Part shown: positions 48,536 through 58,965 of the stretch, in pieces | How the letters are laid out: the number at the start of each line of letters is the position of its first letter | Numbering within the stretch: the stretch's first letter is position 1 | Position numbers and translations under genes: made by a program | The notes under the pieces: model-generated | Seen by the model: only the letters and a program-made list of their open reading frames with translations | Databases searched by the model: none | What the model was told of the DNA's origin: nothing | Source of the DNA: Gemmatimonadota bacterium | Lineage (GTDB): Bacteria > Gemmatimonadota > Gemmatimonadetes > Gemmatimonadales > GWC2-71-9 | Assembly: GCA_039586365.1 (NCBI GenBank) | Contig: JBDHKN010000001.1 | Coordinates: 1 to 64,000, forward strand | DNA length: 64,000 nucleotides | Reading direction: 5' to 3'

Positions 48536-49141
48536 TCAGCAGGTTTCGCGAAATTCGCTTTCCCGTAGTAGGGGATACCGCCGCAAAAACAGGGCAAGCT
48601 GCACGAGCCCTACGATCAGTAGGCAAAGACCGACCACCAAGAACGGAATCGGCTCGTCGGACAATTCGCTCCCGGTGATTGCAGCTGCAAAGACGCAGCC
48701 AATCAGATAGAGCCGCCCGAAGTCTCCCCAGTAAGCGATGACGGCGAAGACGAACCAGACTCCCAATCCCAAGGCGAACGAGAAAGCCGTGTGATTCTCT
48801 CGGATCCAGGCCACTCGACCAGTCAGAGTCATAATCAAGAGCGCCACCGTCAGTAGGAAGATGGTGCCCATTAGGATTGCCGTCTTCTTTCGCTTTGCTT
48901 TCCTCTCCGGACCGAACTTGACCAGCCCCATTCGCGGGACGGTGACAAGTTTCTTAGCCGCGAAGAAGAGAGCGACGGCTGACAACTGCAGAATAGGTCC
49001 AAATAGGCGCCAATTGGGGGTCAAGCCGGCAAGGAAACCTGCCAGGAGCAGTAGTCCCAAGTAGGCTTCAACCAGGCCGTCCCGGTGAAAAGAGGTCCAG
49101 GCCTTTCGCTCCAGGTCTTTGAGATCGATGCCGTGCGACAT
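48536..49141 (-). CDS. Multi-pass membrane protein, paralog of 47786-48406
   Basis: DLKDLERKAWTSFHRDGL...PRMGLVKFGPERK...DFGRLY...LFLRRYP; GGAGG RBS. Confidence 0.8.
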   Translation of the reverse strand: MSHGIDLKDLERKAWTSFHRDGLVEAYLGLLLLAGFLAGLTPNWRLFGPILQLSAVALFFAAKKLVTVPRMGLVKFGPERKAKRKKTAILMGTIFLLTVALLIMTLTGRVAWIRENHTAFSFALGLGVWFVFAVIAYWGDFGRLYLIGCVFAAAITGSELSDEPIPFLVVGLCLLIVGLVQLALFLRRYPLLRESEFRETC

Positions 49142-49168
49142 CGACAGCCTCCATTGATACAGTGTGGT

Positions 49169-49236
49169 TTGCCACGCAAGAATGATTTGTAGCACAAACT
49201 TATTTGACATAATAGGGAAGCGGTGATTTTTGTCAA
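49169..49236 (-). promoter_or_regulatory. sigma70 promoter with two downstream palindromic operators
   Basis: Minus strand TTGACA(49236-31)-N16-TATTAT(49214-09); palindromes TTTGT-agc-ACAAA (49186-98) and TTGC-cac-GCAA (49169-79). Confidence 0.65.
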
Positions 49237-49315
49237 GACCCCCCCTGGAACGTTTGTGAACAAAAGCGTTAAATTAGTTGTGAATATTGGGCAATTCTAT
49301 TAGGATTCGGGTCCT

Positions 49316-50014
49316 ATGGATACCATCGCACCAGGGCTGGCAGGTCACAGAGGTCTACGTGGCGAGATTCTCCTTGAGCTCAAGAGAACTCAACCTGCTA
49401 CTGCAAAAGAGCTTGCGGGAGTATTCCACGTTTCGGCCAATGCCGTGCGACGTCACCTGAAAGAGCTCGAGGCAGAGGGTCTCGTGTTGTATGGTCGTGA
49501 GCAACGGGGGACTGGAGCGCCAACATTCACCTACAGGCTCAGCTCCAACGGCGAAGCACTGTTCCCAACTCAGTACGGCCAAGCTCTCACAGATGTGCTC
49601 TCGCTCATTGCTCGGAATAGCGGTCGGGACGTGGTTCGCGAGATGTTCGCCGAACGGTTCCGAACCCAGGCTGAGCGGCTCAGAAGCGAACTGGCCGATT
49701 CTACCCTGCAGGAAAAAGTCGAGGCAGTCGTCACCGTGCTGTCCGAGCAAGGCTTCATGGCGGCCTGGACTGTTGAATCAGGCAAACTGCGCCTGGCCGA
49801 GCACAACTGCGCGGTGCGCTCCGCGGCGGAGCAGTTCCCGGAAATCTGTGCGGCGGAAGCCGATTTTCTCCGAGATGTGTTGCAGAGCGAGATTCAGCGC
49901 GACTCCTACATCCCCGAGGGCTGCAATTCGTGCCAATACTCCATCACCGAAGGAGCCGCCGAAGGGCCCTCGGCAATCGAGCGGAAAGTCCCTGACGGAT
50001 TTCAGGAGATATGA
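49316..50014 (+). CDS. sufR: SufR-type Fe-S transcriptional regulator
   Basis: N-terminal HTH ([11 protein letters not shown]), C-terminal EHNC...C...CNSC; heads the suf operon. Confidence 0.8.
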   Translation: MDTIAPGLAGHRGLRGEILLELKRTQPATAKELAGVFHVSANAVRRHLKELEAEGLVLYGREQRGTGAPTFTYRLSSNGEALFPTQYGQALTDVLSLIARNSGRDVVREMFAERFRTQAERLRSELADSTLQEKVEAVVTVLSEQGFMAAWTVESGKLRLAEHNCAVRSAAEQFPEICAAEADFLRDVLQSEIQRDSYIPEGCNSCQYSITEGAAEGPSAIERKVPDGFQEI

Positions 50015-51406
50015 TGGGAAGCACTGTAGAGCAACAGGTTAGTCAACCGTACAAATACGGTTGGACGACCGACGTCGAATCGGACAGGGTTCCCGCGGGG
50101 CTCAGCGAAGACGTAATATGCCTCATTTCCGCGAAGAAGGGTGAGCCGGATTGGCTGCTGGAATGGAGACTCAAGGCCTACCTTAATTGGTTGAAGATGA
50201 GGGAGCCAAGGTGGGCCAACGTCCGGTACGATCCCATCGACTACCAGGCGATCCACTATTACTCGGCTCCCAAAGCGTCCAAGAGTCTCGAAAGCCTCGA
50301 TCAGGTGGATCCCAAGGTCCTCGAGACTTTCGCCAAACTGGGTATCCCTCTTGAGGAGCAAAAGCGGCTGACGGGCGTGGCGGTCGATGCGGTATTCGAC
50401 AGCGTGTCTGTCGCTACCACGTTTAAAGAGACTCTGGCTAAACACGGAGTCGTTTTCCTACCGTTTTCTGAGGCTGTGCGCGAGCATCCGGGTCTGGTGC
50501 GACAATACCTAGGCTCTGTCGTACCGGCTACCGATAACTTCTTTGCCGCCCTCAACTCGGCAGTATTCACCGACGGATCGTTTGTTTACGTGCCCAAGGG
50601 TGTGCGCTGCCCGATGGAGCTGTCGACCTATTTCCGGATCAATGCGGCACAAACAGGGCAATTCGAACGCACCCTGATCGTCGCAGAAGAGGGTGCTTAC
50701 GTGAGCTACCTCGAGGGCTGCTCGGCACCCAAGCGCGACGAGAATCAACTCCATGCCGCGGTGGTCGAGTTGGTGGCTCTGGATAATGCGCAGATCAAGT
50801 ACTCCACGGTCCAGAACTGGTACCCGGGAGACGAAGAAGGCCGAGGTGGCATCTACAACTTCGTCACCAAGCGAGGAGACTGTCGCGGCAAGAACGCGAA
50901 GATATCCTGGACCCAAGTTGAGACGGGTTCTGCCATCACATGGAAGTATCCGAGCTGCCTGCTATCCGGTGAAAACAGTATCGGTGAGTTCTATTCAGTA
51001 GCCGTGACCAACAATCGCCAACAGGCAGACACCGGCACCAAGATGATCCACATCGGAAGAAACACGCGCAGCACGATTGTCTCGAAGGGGATTTCTGCAG
51101 GCAAGAGCCAGAATACGTATCGAGGTCAGGTGAAGATCATGAAGGGCGCGGCCGGTGCTCGCAACTTCTCACAGTGTGACTCCATGTTGATCGGAGACAA
51201 GTGCGGTGCCCACACGTTCCCATACATAGATGTGCGCAACAGCTCAGCGATCATGGAACACGAAGCGACCACCTCCAAGATAGGTGAGGATCAGATCTTC
51301 TACTGCCAGCAGCGCGGCATTTCGGCAGTTCAGAGAGCTGCCAATGGAGTTTGCTGTTGAGGCACAGAATCTCCTTGGGATAAGTCTCGAGGGAAGCGTC
51401 GGCTAG
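50011..51406 (+). pseudogene. sufB: Fe-S cluster assembly protein SufB with frameshifting deletion near the 3' end (real or assembly error)
   Basis: Typical SufB up to QQRGISA (51327); native tail [25 protein letters not shown] lies in another frame, ending 51406; the ORF as read stops at 51360. Confidence 0.85.
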
Positions 51407-51429
51407 AAGGAGGAACCTGGAGAGCAAGC

Positions 51430-52185
51430 ATGCTTGAGATAGAGAATCTGCACGCGGGAATCGATGGCACTGAGATCCTCAAGGGGATCGATCTCACCGT
51501 AAATGCCGGTGAGGTGCACGCGATCATGGGACCAAATGGATCTGGCAAGAGTACACTTGCTCTGTTGCTTGCGGGTCACCCCGCTTATGAGGTCAGCAAG
51601 GGGAGGGTGGTGTTCGAGGGAGAGGATCTCTTGGACATGGAGCCTGAACAGCGGTCGTGCGCCGGCGTCTTTATGGCTTTTCAGTACCCGGTCGAGATTC
51701 ATGGAGTGACCAATGCGTACTTCTTACGAGCCGCGTTGAATGCCAGGCGCCGGTGCCTCGGACTGGAGGAGCTCGATCCGGTGGATTTCATGGACGTTCT
51801 CGAACAGAAGATCACGGCGATCGGTTGGGACGATAGTCTCATGAACCGCGCGGTCAATCAGGGCTTCTCAGGGGGTGAGAAGAAGCGTAATGAGATTCTG
51901 CAGATGGCTGTGTTGGAACCCAAACTCGCGGTATTGGACGAGACAGACTCTGGACTTGACATTGATGCGCTGAAGACCGTTGCTCAGGCGGTGAACAAGC
52001 TGCGCCGTCCCGACAACGCCACCATAGTTGTGACGCACTATCAGCGCCTACTCAATTTCATAGTGCCAGACTACGTACACGTGCTAGTCAAGGGCAAGAT
52101 CGTGAAATCTGGTGGCAAGGAACTGGCTCTCGAGCTGGAGTCGCTGGGTTACGACTGGGTCAAAGACCCCGTGCCCGTTGCGTGA
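51430..52185 (+). CDS. sufC: Fe-S cluster assembly ATPase SufC
   Basis: GPNGSGKST, AFQYPVEI, GFSGGEKKRNE, LDETDSGLD, THYQRLL. Confidence 0.97.
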   Translation: MLEIENLHAGIDGTEILKGIDLTVNAGEVHAIMGPNGSGKSTLALLLAGHPAYEVSKGRVVFEGEDLLDMEPEQRSCAGVFMAFQYPVEIHGVTNAYFLRAALNARRRCLGLEELDPVDFMDVLEQKITAIGWDDSLMNRAVNQGFSGGEKKRNEILQMAVLEPKLAVLDETDSGLDIDALKTVAQAVNKLRRPDNATIVVTHYQRLLNFIVPDYVHVLVKGKIVKSGGKELALELESLGYDWVKDPVPVA

Positions 52186-52197
52186 GGTCGAAGCGGC

Positions 52198-53550
52198 ATG
52201 AATCAACAACAACAGCCCGCCGTCAAGGACGACTATCTGTCTCAGTTCAAGGCACTGTCGAGTAACGGAGCGGAGGGAACGCCCCACTGGTTGCAGGTCA
52301 TTCGTGGTGCAGCAATGGAGCAGTTTGGCGCTACAGGTTTTCCTGACTCAGGGGATGAGCGGTGGCGCTTCACCAGCATGAGGCGCCTGACAGAGGCGAC
52401 GTTCAATCTGGCTGCCGCTGATACGGAGAGGATGACCCGGGCGGACGTCGGTAGACATGTCCTCCCTTCAAGTGCCGACCAGTGCCTTGTCTTCGTCAAC
52501 GGGCGCTTTTCTGCAGATCTGTCTTCGTTAGGGGGTCTTCCCGAGGGTGTTGTTGCTACCAGCATTTGTACCGCAACAAGATCCGATCTCAAGTTGGCAG
52601 AGCGTCATTTAGCCAAATACGCGCGGCCCGGTGACAATCCCTTCACAGCGCTCAGTACCGCATTCATTGTCGATGGTGGGTTCCTGTTCATCCCCCCAAA
52701 TGTGGTCCTTGATAAGCCAATCCAGTTACTGTTCCTGTCTGTCGCTACGAAGACACCGTCGGTTTCACATCCACGCTGTTTGGTTGTAGCAGATGGAGGC
52801 TCGGCTGCATCAGTGGTGGAGGTCTACGCTGGTCACGGACCCGGTGAGTATTGGACGAACTCGGTGACCGAAGCGGTGGTCGGCGAGAAGGCCCGGTTAG
52901 AAACGTATCGAATTCAACAGGAGAGCGATCAGGCGCATCACACTGCGACGACGCAGTCATATCAAGCGCGGGATAGCGTGTACGGACTGACGACCGTCGA
53001 GCTGGGTGCACTGCTATCCCGGCACGACATCAACGCGGTCCTTGATGGAGAGGGTGCTGAATGCCATCTGTATGGCTTGTCGCAGTTGCGGGGCCGTCAA
53101 CACGTCGACCACCACACCACGATTGAACACGCCAAACCGCACTGTAACAGCTGGGAGTACTTCAACGGTATCTATGACGATAGGTCGCGAGGTGTCTTTA
53201 CGGGTAGGATCGTAGTGCGGCCTGGCGCGCAGCAGACTGACTCGAAGCAGACCAACAACAACCTGTTACTGTCGGACGCTGCACGTGCGGATAGCCAACC
53301 GCAGCTCGAAATCTACGCTGATGATGTGAAGTGCACACACGGAGCTACCCTTGGACCAGTTGATGACAGGGCGCTCTTCTACTTTCAGAGCCGTGGCATA
53401 GATGCTGAGACGGCACGTAACCTCGTCACGTACGGTTTCGGTGTCGAGATTCTGAACAAGATTGGCATAGGCGAGCTTCGGCAACGCCTTGACGACGTGC
53501 TTCACGCGAGATTGGAGGAAGGTGCGCAACGCCGGCGCATGAAACGATGA
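52198..53550 (+). CDS. sufD: Fe-S cluster assembly protein SufD
   Basis: ERWRFT, VFVNG, QQTDSKQ, PQLEIYADDVKCTHGAT. Confidence 0.95.
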   Translation: MNQQQQPAVKDDYLSQFKALSSNGAEGTPHWLQVIRGAAMEQFGATGFPDSGDERWRFTSMRRLTEATFNLAAADTERMTRADVGRHVLPSSADQCLVFVNGRFSADLSSLGGLPEGVVATSICTATRSDLKLAERHLAKYARPGDNPFTALSTAFIVDGGFLFIPPNVVLDKPIQLLFLSVATKTPSVSHPRCLVVADGGSAASVVEVYAGHGPGEYWTNSVTEAVVGEKARLETYRIQQESDQAHHTATTQSYQARDSVYGLTTVELGALLSRHDINAVLDGEGAECHLYGLSQLRGRQHVDHHTTIEHAKPHCNSWEYFNGIYDDRSRGVFTGRIVVRPGAQQTDSKQTNNNLLLSDAARADSQPQLEIYADDVKCTHGATLGPVDDRALFYFQSRGIDAETARNLVTYGFGVEILNKIGIGELRQRLDDVLHARLEEGAQRRRMKR

Positions 53551-54815
53551 CGGTTGCGTCACAGAAGGCCTCAGACAGTAGGCCTGACTCGTCGTTGGAC
53601 ATCCAACGTGTGCGTGAGGACTTCCCCATCCTGCACACAGAGGTTCGTGGGAAGCCACTGGTGTACCTCGACAACGCCGCTACAAGCCAAAAGCCGCGTC
53701 ACGTGATTGACAGGCTGTCGCGCTTCTTCCAGGAGGAGAACGCCAACATACATCGAGGTGTGTACTACCTCAGCGAGAGGGCTACAGCGGCGTACGAACT
53801 AGCGCGGGAGAAGATGCGCAGTTTCTTGAATGCTCCCGATTCCAGGGAGATCGTTTTTGTGCGTGGGACGACGGAGGCGATCAATTTGGTAGCTTGCAGC
53901 TTTGGGCGTGGAAGACTCAGTGCTGGGGACGAAATCGTGATTTCGGCTATGGAACACCACTCCAACATTGTCCCCTGGCAGCTTCTTTGTGAGTCAAGCG
54001 GGGCCACGCTGCGAGTAGCTCCGATGGATGACACGGGCACGTTGCTGCTAGACGACTACAAGAGACTTCTTGGCCCTAAAACGAAACTGGTGGCATTGGT
54101 CCATGTATCCAACTCTCTGGGTACTGTCAATCCGGTGAAGGTGATGGTGGAGCTGGCGAAGGAGTGGGAAATCCCTGTGTTGCTGGATGGGGCACAGGCT
54201 GCACCACACCAACCGATCGACGTTCAGGATCTTGGGTGTGATTTCTATGCCCTGTCCGGTCACAAGATGTTCGGTCCGACGGGGATCGGTGTTCTGTTCG
54301 GTCGCCTGGAGATGTTGGAGGGGATGCCGCCGTATCAGGGTGGTGGCGAGATGATCAGGTCAGTCACGTTTGAACGCACTACATATGCGCCTCCACCGGC
54401 TAAGTTTGAAGCTGGTACCCCTGACATTGCTGGAGCCATAGGCCTTGGTGCGACGGTCGACTACTTGGAGGGTATTGGCTGGGGCTCTATTCAGAGGCAT
54501 GAGCAACGGCTCTTGTCCTACGCTCTGGATCAGCTGGTGACGGTTCCGGGGATCCGGATGATAGGGTCGGCAACGTCGAGAGCTAGTGTCGTATCTTTTG
54601 TGATGGACGGGATACACGCTCATGATCTTGGCACGATCCTGGATCAAGCAGGTGTAGCGATTCGCACAGGACACCACTGCACACAACCGGTAATGGATTT
54701 CTTCGGGGTGCCCGCGACGGCGCGTGCCTCGTTTGCCTTCTACAACACTCTTGAAGAGGTTGATGTGCTAGTCCATGCACTGACGGAAGCGCGGAGAGTC
54801 TTTGGGTTATGCTAG
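53547..54815 (+). CDS. sufS: Cysteine desulfurase SufS
   Basis: LVYLDNAATSQKP, EHHSN, SGHKM, RTGHHC. Confidence 0.96.
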   Translation: MTVASQKASDSRPDSSLDIQRVREDFPILHTEVRGKPLVYLDNAATSQKPRHVIDRLSRFFQEENANIHRGVYYLSERATAAYELAREKMRSFLNAPDSREIVFVRGTTEAINLVACSFGRGRLSAGDEIVISAMEHHSNIVPWQLLCESSGATLRVAPMDDTGTLLLDDYKRLLGPKTKLVALVHVSNSLGTVNPVKVMVELAKEWEIPVLLDGAQAAPHQPIDVQDLGCDFYALSGHKMFGPTGIGVLFGRLEMLEGMPPYQGGGEMIRSVTFERTTYAPPPAKFEAGTPDIAGAIGLGATVDYLEGIGWGSIQRHEQRLLSYALDQLVTVPGIRMIGSATSRASVVSFVMDGIHAHDLGTILDQAGVAIRTGHHCTQPVMDFFGVPATARASFAFYNTLEEVDVLVHALTEARRVFGLC

Positions 54816-55255
54816 ATTTGCGGGATCTCTACCAGCAAACCATCCTCGATCACAACAGGAGGCCTCGTAACTATCGCGAGATTGACGACGCGGACCGTGT
54901 GGCTAGCGGAGACAACCCCCTTTGCGGTGACAAAGTGACAGTCTACTTGAAGATCGAGGACGATATCATCACAGATGTGAGTTTTTCAGGCTCAGGTTGT
55001 GCTATCTCGCAGGCCTCAGCCTCGCTGATGACGACGTCAGTCATGGGAAAGTCCAGTGCTGAGGCAAAGCAACTGCTCGTACAGTTTCAGACAATGGTAA
55101 CCGGCGAGGTTCAGGGAGACGGTGAGGGCTTAGGGAAGCTTGCGGCTTTTTCGGGTGTTCGCGAGTTTCCCGCCCGCGTGAAATGCGCCAACCTTGCCTG
55201 GCATACCCTTCGCGCAGCCCTGGAAGCTGAGACTGAACCTATCACGACCGAGTGA
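54809..55255 (+). CDS. sufU: SUF system NifU-family protein SufU
   Basis: NPLCGD, GCAISQAS, RVKCA. Confidence 0.95.
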   Translation: MLDLRDLYQQTILDHNRRPRNYREIDDADRVASGDNPLCGDKVTVYLKIEDDIITDVSFSGSGCAISQASASLMTTSVMGKSSAEAKQLLVQFQTMVTGEVQGDGEGLGKLAAFSGVREFPARVKCANLAWHTLRAALEAETEPITTE

Positions 55256-55303
55256 CACAGGGATCTTGAGGCGACGCAACTGTGAGAATCAGGGAGACGT
55301 GGC

Positions 55304-55645
55304 ATGAGTGATGAAGGATTTGAACGCGTTGCATCAGTGGACGACCTAGACGAAGGTACTCCGATGAGCGTGGAACTGGGCAATGGTGAGCAAGTTTGCT
55401 TGATCAAGCTGGGGGCCGAGGTCTACGGGATATCCAACAACTGTCCCCACGCGGACTTCCCCATGTCCGATGGCGAAATGGTGGACGACTTCATTATAGA
55501 GTGCGGTCTCCACGGAGCTCAGTTCGATGTGCGTGATGGGAGTGTAGTCGAGCTGCCTGCGGCCGAACCTGTCACCTGCTACGAAGTAAGGGTGGAGGCC
55601 CGGGACGTGTTGATCAGACCCGGTGGGTTGGTGGGTAGGGACTAG
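55304..55645 (+). CDS. Rieske [2Fe-2S] ferredoxin
   Basis: CPH...CGLH.AQFD. Confidence 0.92.
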   Translation: MSDEGFERVASVDDLDEGTPMSVELGNGEQVCLIKLGAEVYGISNNCPHADFPMSDGEMVDDFIIECGLHGAQFDVRDGSVVELPAAEPVTCYEVRVEARDVLIRPGGLVGRD

Positions 55646-56323
55646 AGCGATTCGGTGGGCATCGTCCTCTTGCACTGGTATGCAACCGACGAGACCAACT
55701 GGGAGGACATAGGTGAAACGACGGCGCGAACCAGCCCGAGTTCCCTCCAGATTGCCACGTTGTAGCCATTCGCAGATTCCGTTCGCACATTATCCTCTGC
55801 AATACTCTCACTCATCGTGCTCGCCGTGGGTAGGACAATAAAGGTCAGCGGTTTACCGTGCATGGTGTAGGCGACTGCGGCCGCGCTCGCGCCGTCAAGG
55901 ACCGCGATCCTTCCGCCAACGAGTGAAGCGCCGGTGATATGCGGGACCTCCACAGCGTAGCCGACGTGAAGCTGGAGCCATTCCCCCACTTCGTCCCCAT
56001 TTGAGCTGGAGAGGGATTCAATGGTGGTCAGACTGGCCAGTGCTGTGGCAAAGAGGGAGTCGCTGGCGGGGACGGCGGATCTGGGCGGGGTGATCGGATG
56101 GAGCATCACGATTATCAACGCGGCAAGCCCAGCAACGGGGAGCAGCCAGCGCGTCGGCTTACCGGACAGCAAGAACGTGCTGCGCGAGGGAGGGCGGGAC
56201 CGAGTGCTGAGGCGGCGCTCAGCATCAAGCGATGCCAAGATGCGCTGCCACAATTCGACCGGGGCTGGCTGCGTACCGAGATTGCTCAGTCGCTCAGATA
56301 TCTTCACGTGGTCACAGGTTCAT
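55642..56323 (-). pseudogene. Orphan transmembrane anti-sigma-factor-like gene with damaged 5' end
   Basis: APVELWQRI, one TM, LVGGRI...AAVAY...NVAIW..GLVRAVVS; upstream ATG 56323 is 1 nt out of frame with CDHVK; no HxxxCxxC; no sigma partner. Confidence 0.55.
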
Positions 56324-56510
56324 CTGAGAGTCATGATCGTCGCGCTCCACTCGTGGAGAGACGAGCAGAGACGGGCCGGGCCAACGGTTGGGCTCAGGCG
56401 TCCTCGTCTAGCTTCCGGACCTGCTATACTTAACCGCCGGCGGTTTGACAAGGTTCCTGGGTTAAGCGTGAGTCCATCCGTCAGCGTGATTGATAGAGAA
56501 GGGTTCGGGT

Positions 56511-57473
56511 ATGTCTGACCAATTCGCCGTGGAGCTAAAGGGGATCACCAAGCGTTACTCTGGCCATACGGCAGTGAAGGATCTGGATCTAAGAGTCCCA
56601 AAGGGTTCCGTATACGGTCTCTTGGGGCCAAACGGGGCGGGGAAGACGACGACCATAAGAATGATCATGAATATCATTGGGCCTGACGCCGGAGAGGTGA
56701 GAGTCCTCGGCCAGGGCAGGGGCGGTCGCGATCTGAGTCACCGTGTCGGGTATCTGCCGGAGGAACGCGGACTCTACAAGAAGATGAAGCTACTCGACTT
56801 GCTGGTGTTTCTCGCACAGATCAAAGGTGTCGATCGTATTAAAGCTAGAAGAGGATCCATTGAGTGGCTGGAGCGGTTGGGGTTGAGTGACTGGGTGGAG
56901 AAGAAGATCGACGACCTGTCGAAGGGAATGCAGCAGAAGGTCCAGTTCATCTCGACGATGTTGCACAATCCGGAGTTGGTGATCCTGGACGAGCCGTTCG
57001 CTGGCCTGGACCCAGTAAACACTCAGGTGATGAAGGACATCGTGGTCGACTTGTCAGAGAGAGGGACGACGACCCTGTTCTCGACTCACATCATGGAGCA
57101 AGCCGAGAAACTGTGCGACTCCGTATGCATTATTGCGCGGGGGACAAAAGTCGTGGACGGACCGCTGGCAGAGGTCAAGAAGGGACACAGAGGCCGGCAC
57201 GTCATTGTTGCGGTGGAGAGTGGCATGGATTCGGTTCGCAGACTCCTGGACGAACGTTCGGTAGTAGCCAAGGCCGATACCTACGGGCAATACGCTGAGC
57301 TGGAACTTGCTGAGGGAGCTGATCCCCAAACGCTACTCAAGAACCTGGTTCAGGCTGGTGCCAGGGTGACACGATTCGAAATCGCAGAGCCAACCCTGAA
57401 CAAGATCTTCATTGACCTTGTGGGACCGGAAGCGGCAACCGCACGGGCGAAGGGGGACTTCGCCAATGCGTAA
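56511..57473 (+). CDS. ABC transporter ATP-binding protein (NatA/YhaQ-like)
   Basis: GPNGAGKTT, YLPEERGLY, LSKGMQQK, LDEPF. Confidence 0.93.
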   Translation: MSDQFAVELKGITKRYSGHTAVKDLDLRVPKGSVYGLLGPNGAGKTTTIRMIMNIIGPDAGEVRVLGQGRGGRDLSHRVGYLPEERGLYKKMKLLDLLVFLAQIKGVDRIKARRGSIEWLERLGLSDWVEKKIDDLSKGMQQKVQFISTMLHNPELVILDEPFAGLDPVNTQVMKDIVVDLSERGTTTLFSTHIMEQAEKLCDSVCIIARGTKVVDGPLAEVKKGHRGRHVIVAVESGMDSVRRLLDERSVVAKADTYGQYAELELAEGADPQTLLKNLVQAGARVTRFEIAEPTLNKIFIDLVGPEAATARAKGDFANA

Positions 57474-58743
57474 GATCTGGGTCGTTGTGCAACGAGAGTT
57501 CCTCGCCAGAGTGCGCACGAAGTGGTTTGTGGTGACGACGGTAGTGGGTCCGTTGTTGATGGCTGTCATAATTGTGATGCCAATTGTAATGGCCTCGAAC
57601 GGTGGCCGCGAACGATCGATCGCGATTGTGGACGTGACGTTGGATGGATTCGGCGAGCGTCTGACGCTGATGCTGGGTGCACCTGGGCCCCTGAGGGCGA
57701 GGCGTTTGAACGTGGGCGTAGCCGAACTGGCTCGAGTCGCGGATTCTCTGGCTGGGGTAGTGGGTCGCAAGGAGTTGGACGGTTTCCTCATTGTCACCGA
57801 CGAGACCCTACAAGACGGTCGTGCGGAATACCGTGGCTCCAACGCTTCGGCACAGATCGATATGGACATACTCCGCAGAAGGTTGAGCGAGGCGCTGCTG
57901 ACGGAGAGGCTGGACCGAGTGGGCGTCGACCCGACGCTAGTAGCACAAGCCCGCATTCCGGTCGAAATGCGGGCTGTCAATATCCGTGGCGGCCAAGCGA
58001 CGGGCGAATCAGGTGAGTCGATGTTCTGGTTAGCGTACATCATGTGGTTCCTGCTCTACATGGCAATCCTTGTCTACGGCGTGCAGGTGATGGGTGCGGT
58101 TGTGGAGGAGAAGACCACTAGGATAGTCGAGGTCCTAGTGTCGAGCCTACGTCCCTTCGAACTGCTGGCAGGCAAGGTAATCGGCGTCGGAGCGGTGGGT
58201 CTGTTTCAGTTGTCTATCTGGGCTGTCATAGCGCGTCTACTGCTGGCCCGACCCGAGCTGGTCGCTAGGTTGATCGGACTGGATATCGGTTCGGCTCAGG
58301 GCCTTGCTCTCCCTGAGATCCCCTCTGCTACGATCTCCGTAATGCTTGTGTTCTTCATTCTCGGCTATTTCCTGTACGCTTCGATGTTTGCTGCTGTAGC
58401 TGCGATGTCGAGTACCGAGGCCGAAGCGCGACAGGCGCAGACACCGGTCACTTTGTTGTTGGTGATCCCAGCGATAATGTCGCTTATGGCCATGATCAGC
58501 GAGCCTGATGGCAAGATGTTCGTCGCTCTCACGCTAATTCCTCTGAGTGCGCCGATTGCGATGCCGGGGCGTTGGGTCGTGTCGGATGTGCCGTTGCTCC
58601 AGCTTTACGGTTCGATCGTTCTGCTAATCGTCGCGACGATTTTCGTAACGTGGGTTGCGGGACGAATCTACCGCGTCGGCATTTTGATGCACGGGAAGCG
58701 ACCGAGCCCAGCTGAGGTCTGGAGGTGGGTGAGGAGCACCTAG
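57466..58743 (+). CDS. ABC-2 transporter permease (NatB/YhaP-like)
   Basis: REF..RVR, VVEEKTTRIVEVLVSS...LLAGKVIG, RIYRVGILM.GK. Confidence 0.9.
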   Translation: MRKIWVVVQREFLARVRTKWFVVTTVVGPLLMAVIIVMPIVMASNGGRERSIAIVDVTLDGFGERLTLMLGAPGPLRARRLNVGVAELARVADSLAGVVGRKELDGFLIVTDETLQDGRAEYRGSNASAQIDMDILRRRLSEALLTERLDRVGVDPTLVAQARIPVEMRAVNIRGGQATGESGESMFWLAYIMWFLLYMAILVYGVQVMGAVVEEKTTRIVEVLVSSLRPFELLAGKVIGVGAVGLFQLSIWAVIARLLLARPELVARLIGLDIGSAQGLALPEIPSATISVMLVFFILGYFLYASMFAAVAAMSSTEAEARQAQTPVTLLLVIPAIMSLMAMISEPDGKMFVALTLIPLSAPIAMPGRWVVSDVPLLQLYGSIVLLIVATIFVTWVAGRIYRVGILMHGKRPSPAEVWRWVRST

Positions 58744-58965
58744 TCTCGTCTGACGGTTTCAATCCCGGGTGCACTAGCATTCCTGGAATCGCGGTTCCGC
58801 GGGATAGGATTGGCAGCCGGTTCCCGAGCCGTTTTCTCAAGTTGTGTTGGTGAGAAGCGTCTGCTTCCCTGCTATCAACCATCGTCACACGACTGCGAGG
58901 CGGGAGACACTTGCCGCGGTAGCTGCCATCCGCGTGTGGTCACCTAGCTAGGCAGCCGTGCGCCC

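Noticed and set aside
58744..58965. 222-bp gap before mnmG as a possible ncRNA
   Set aside because: No recognisable RNA family motif or convincing stem set.
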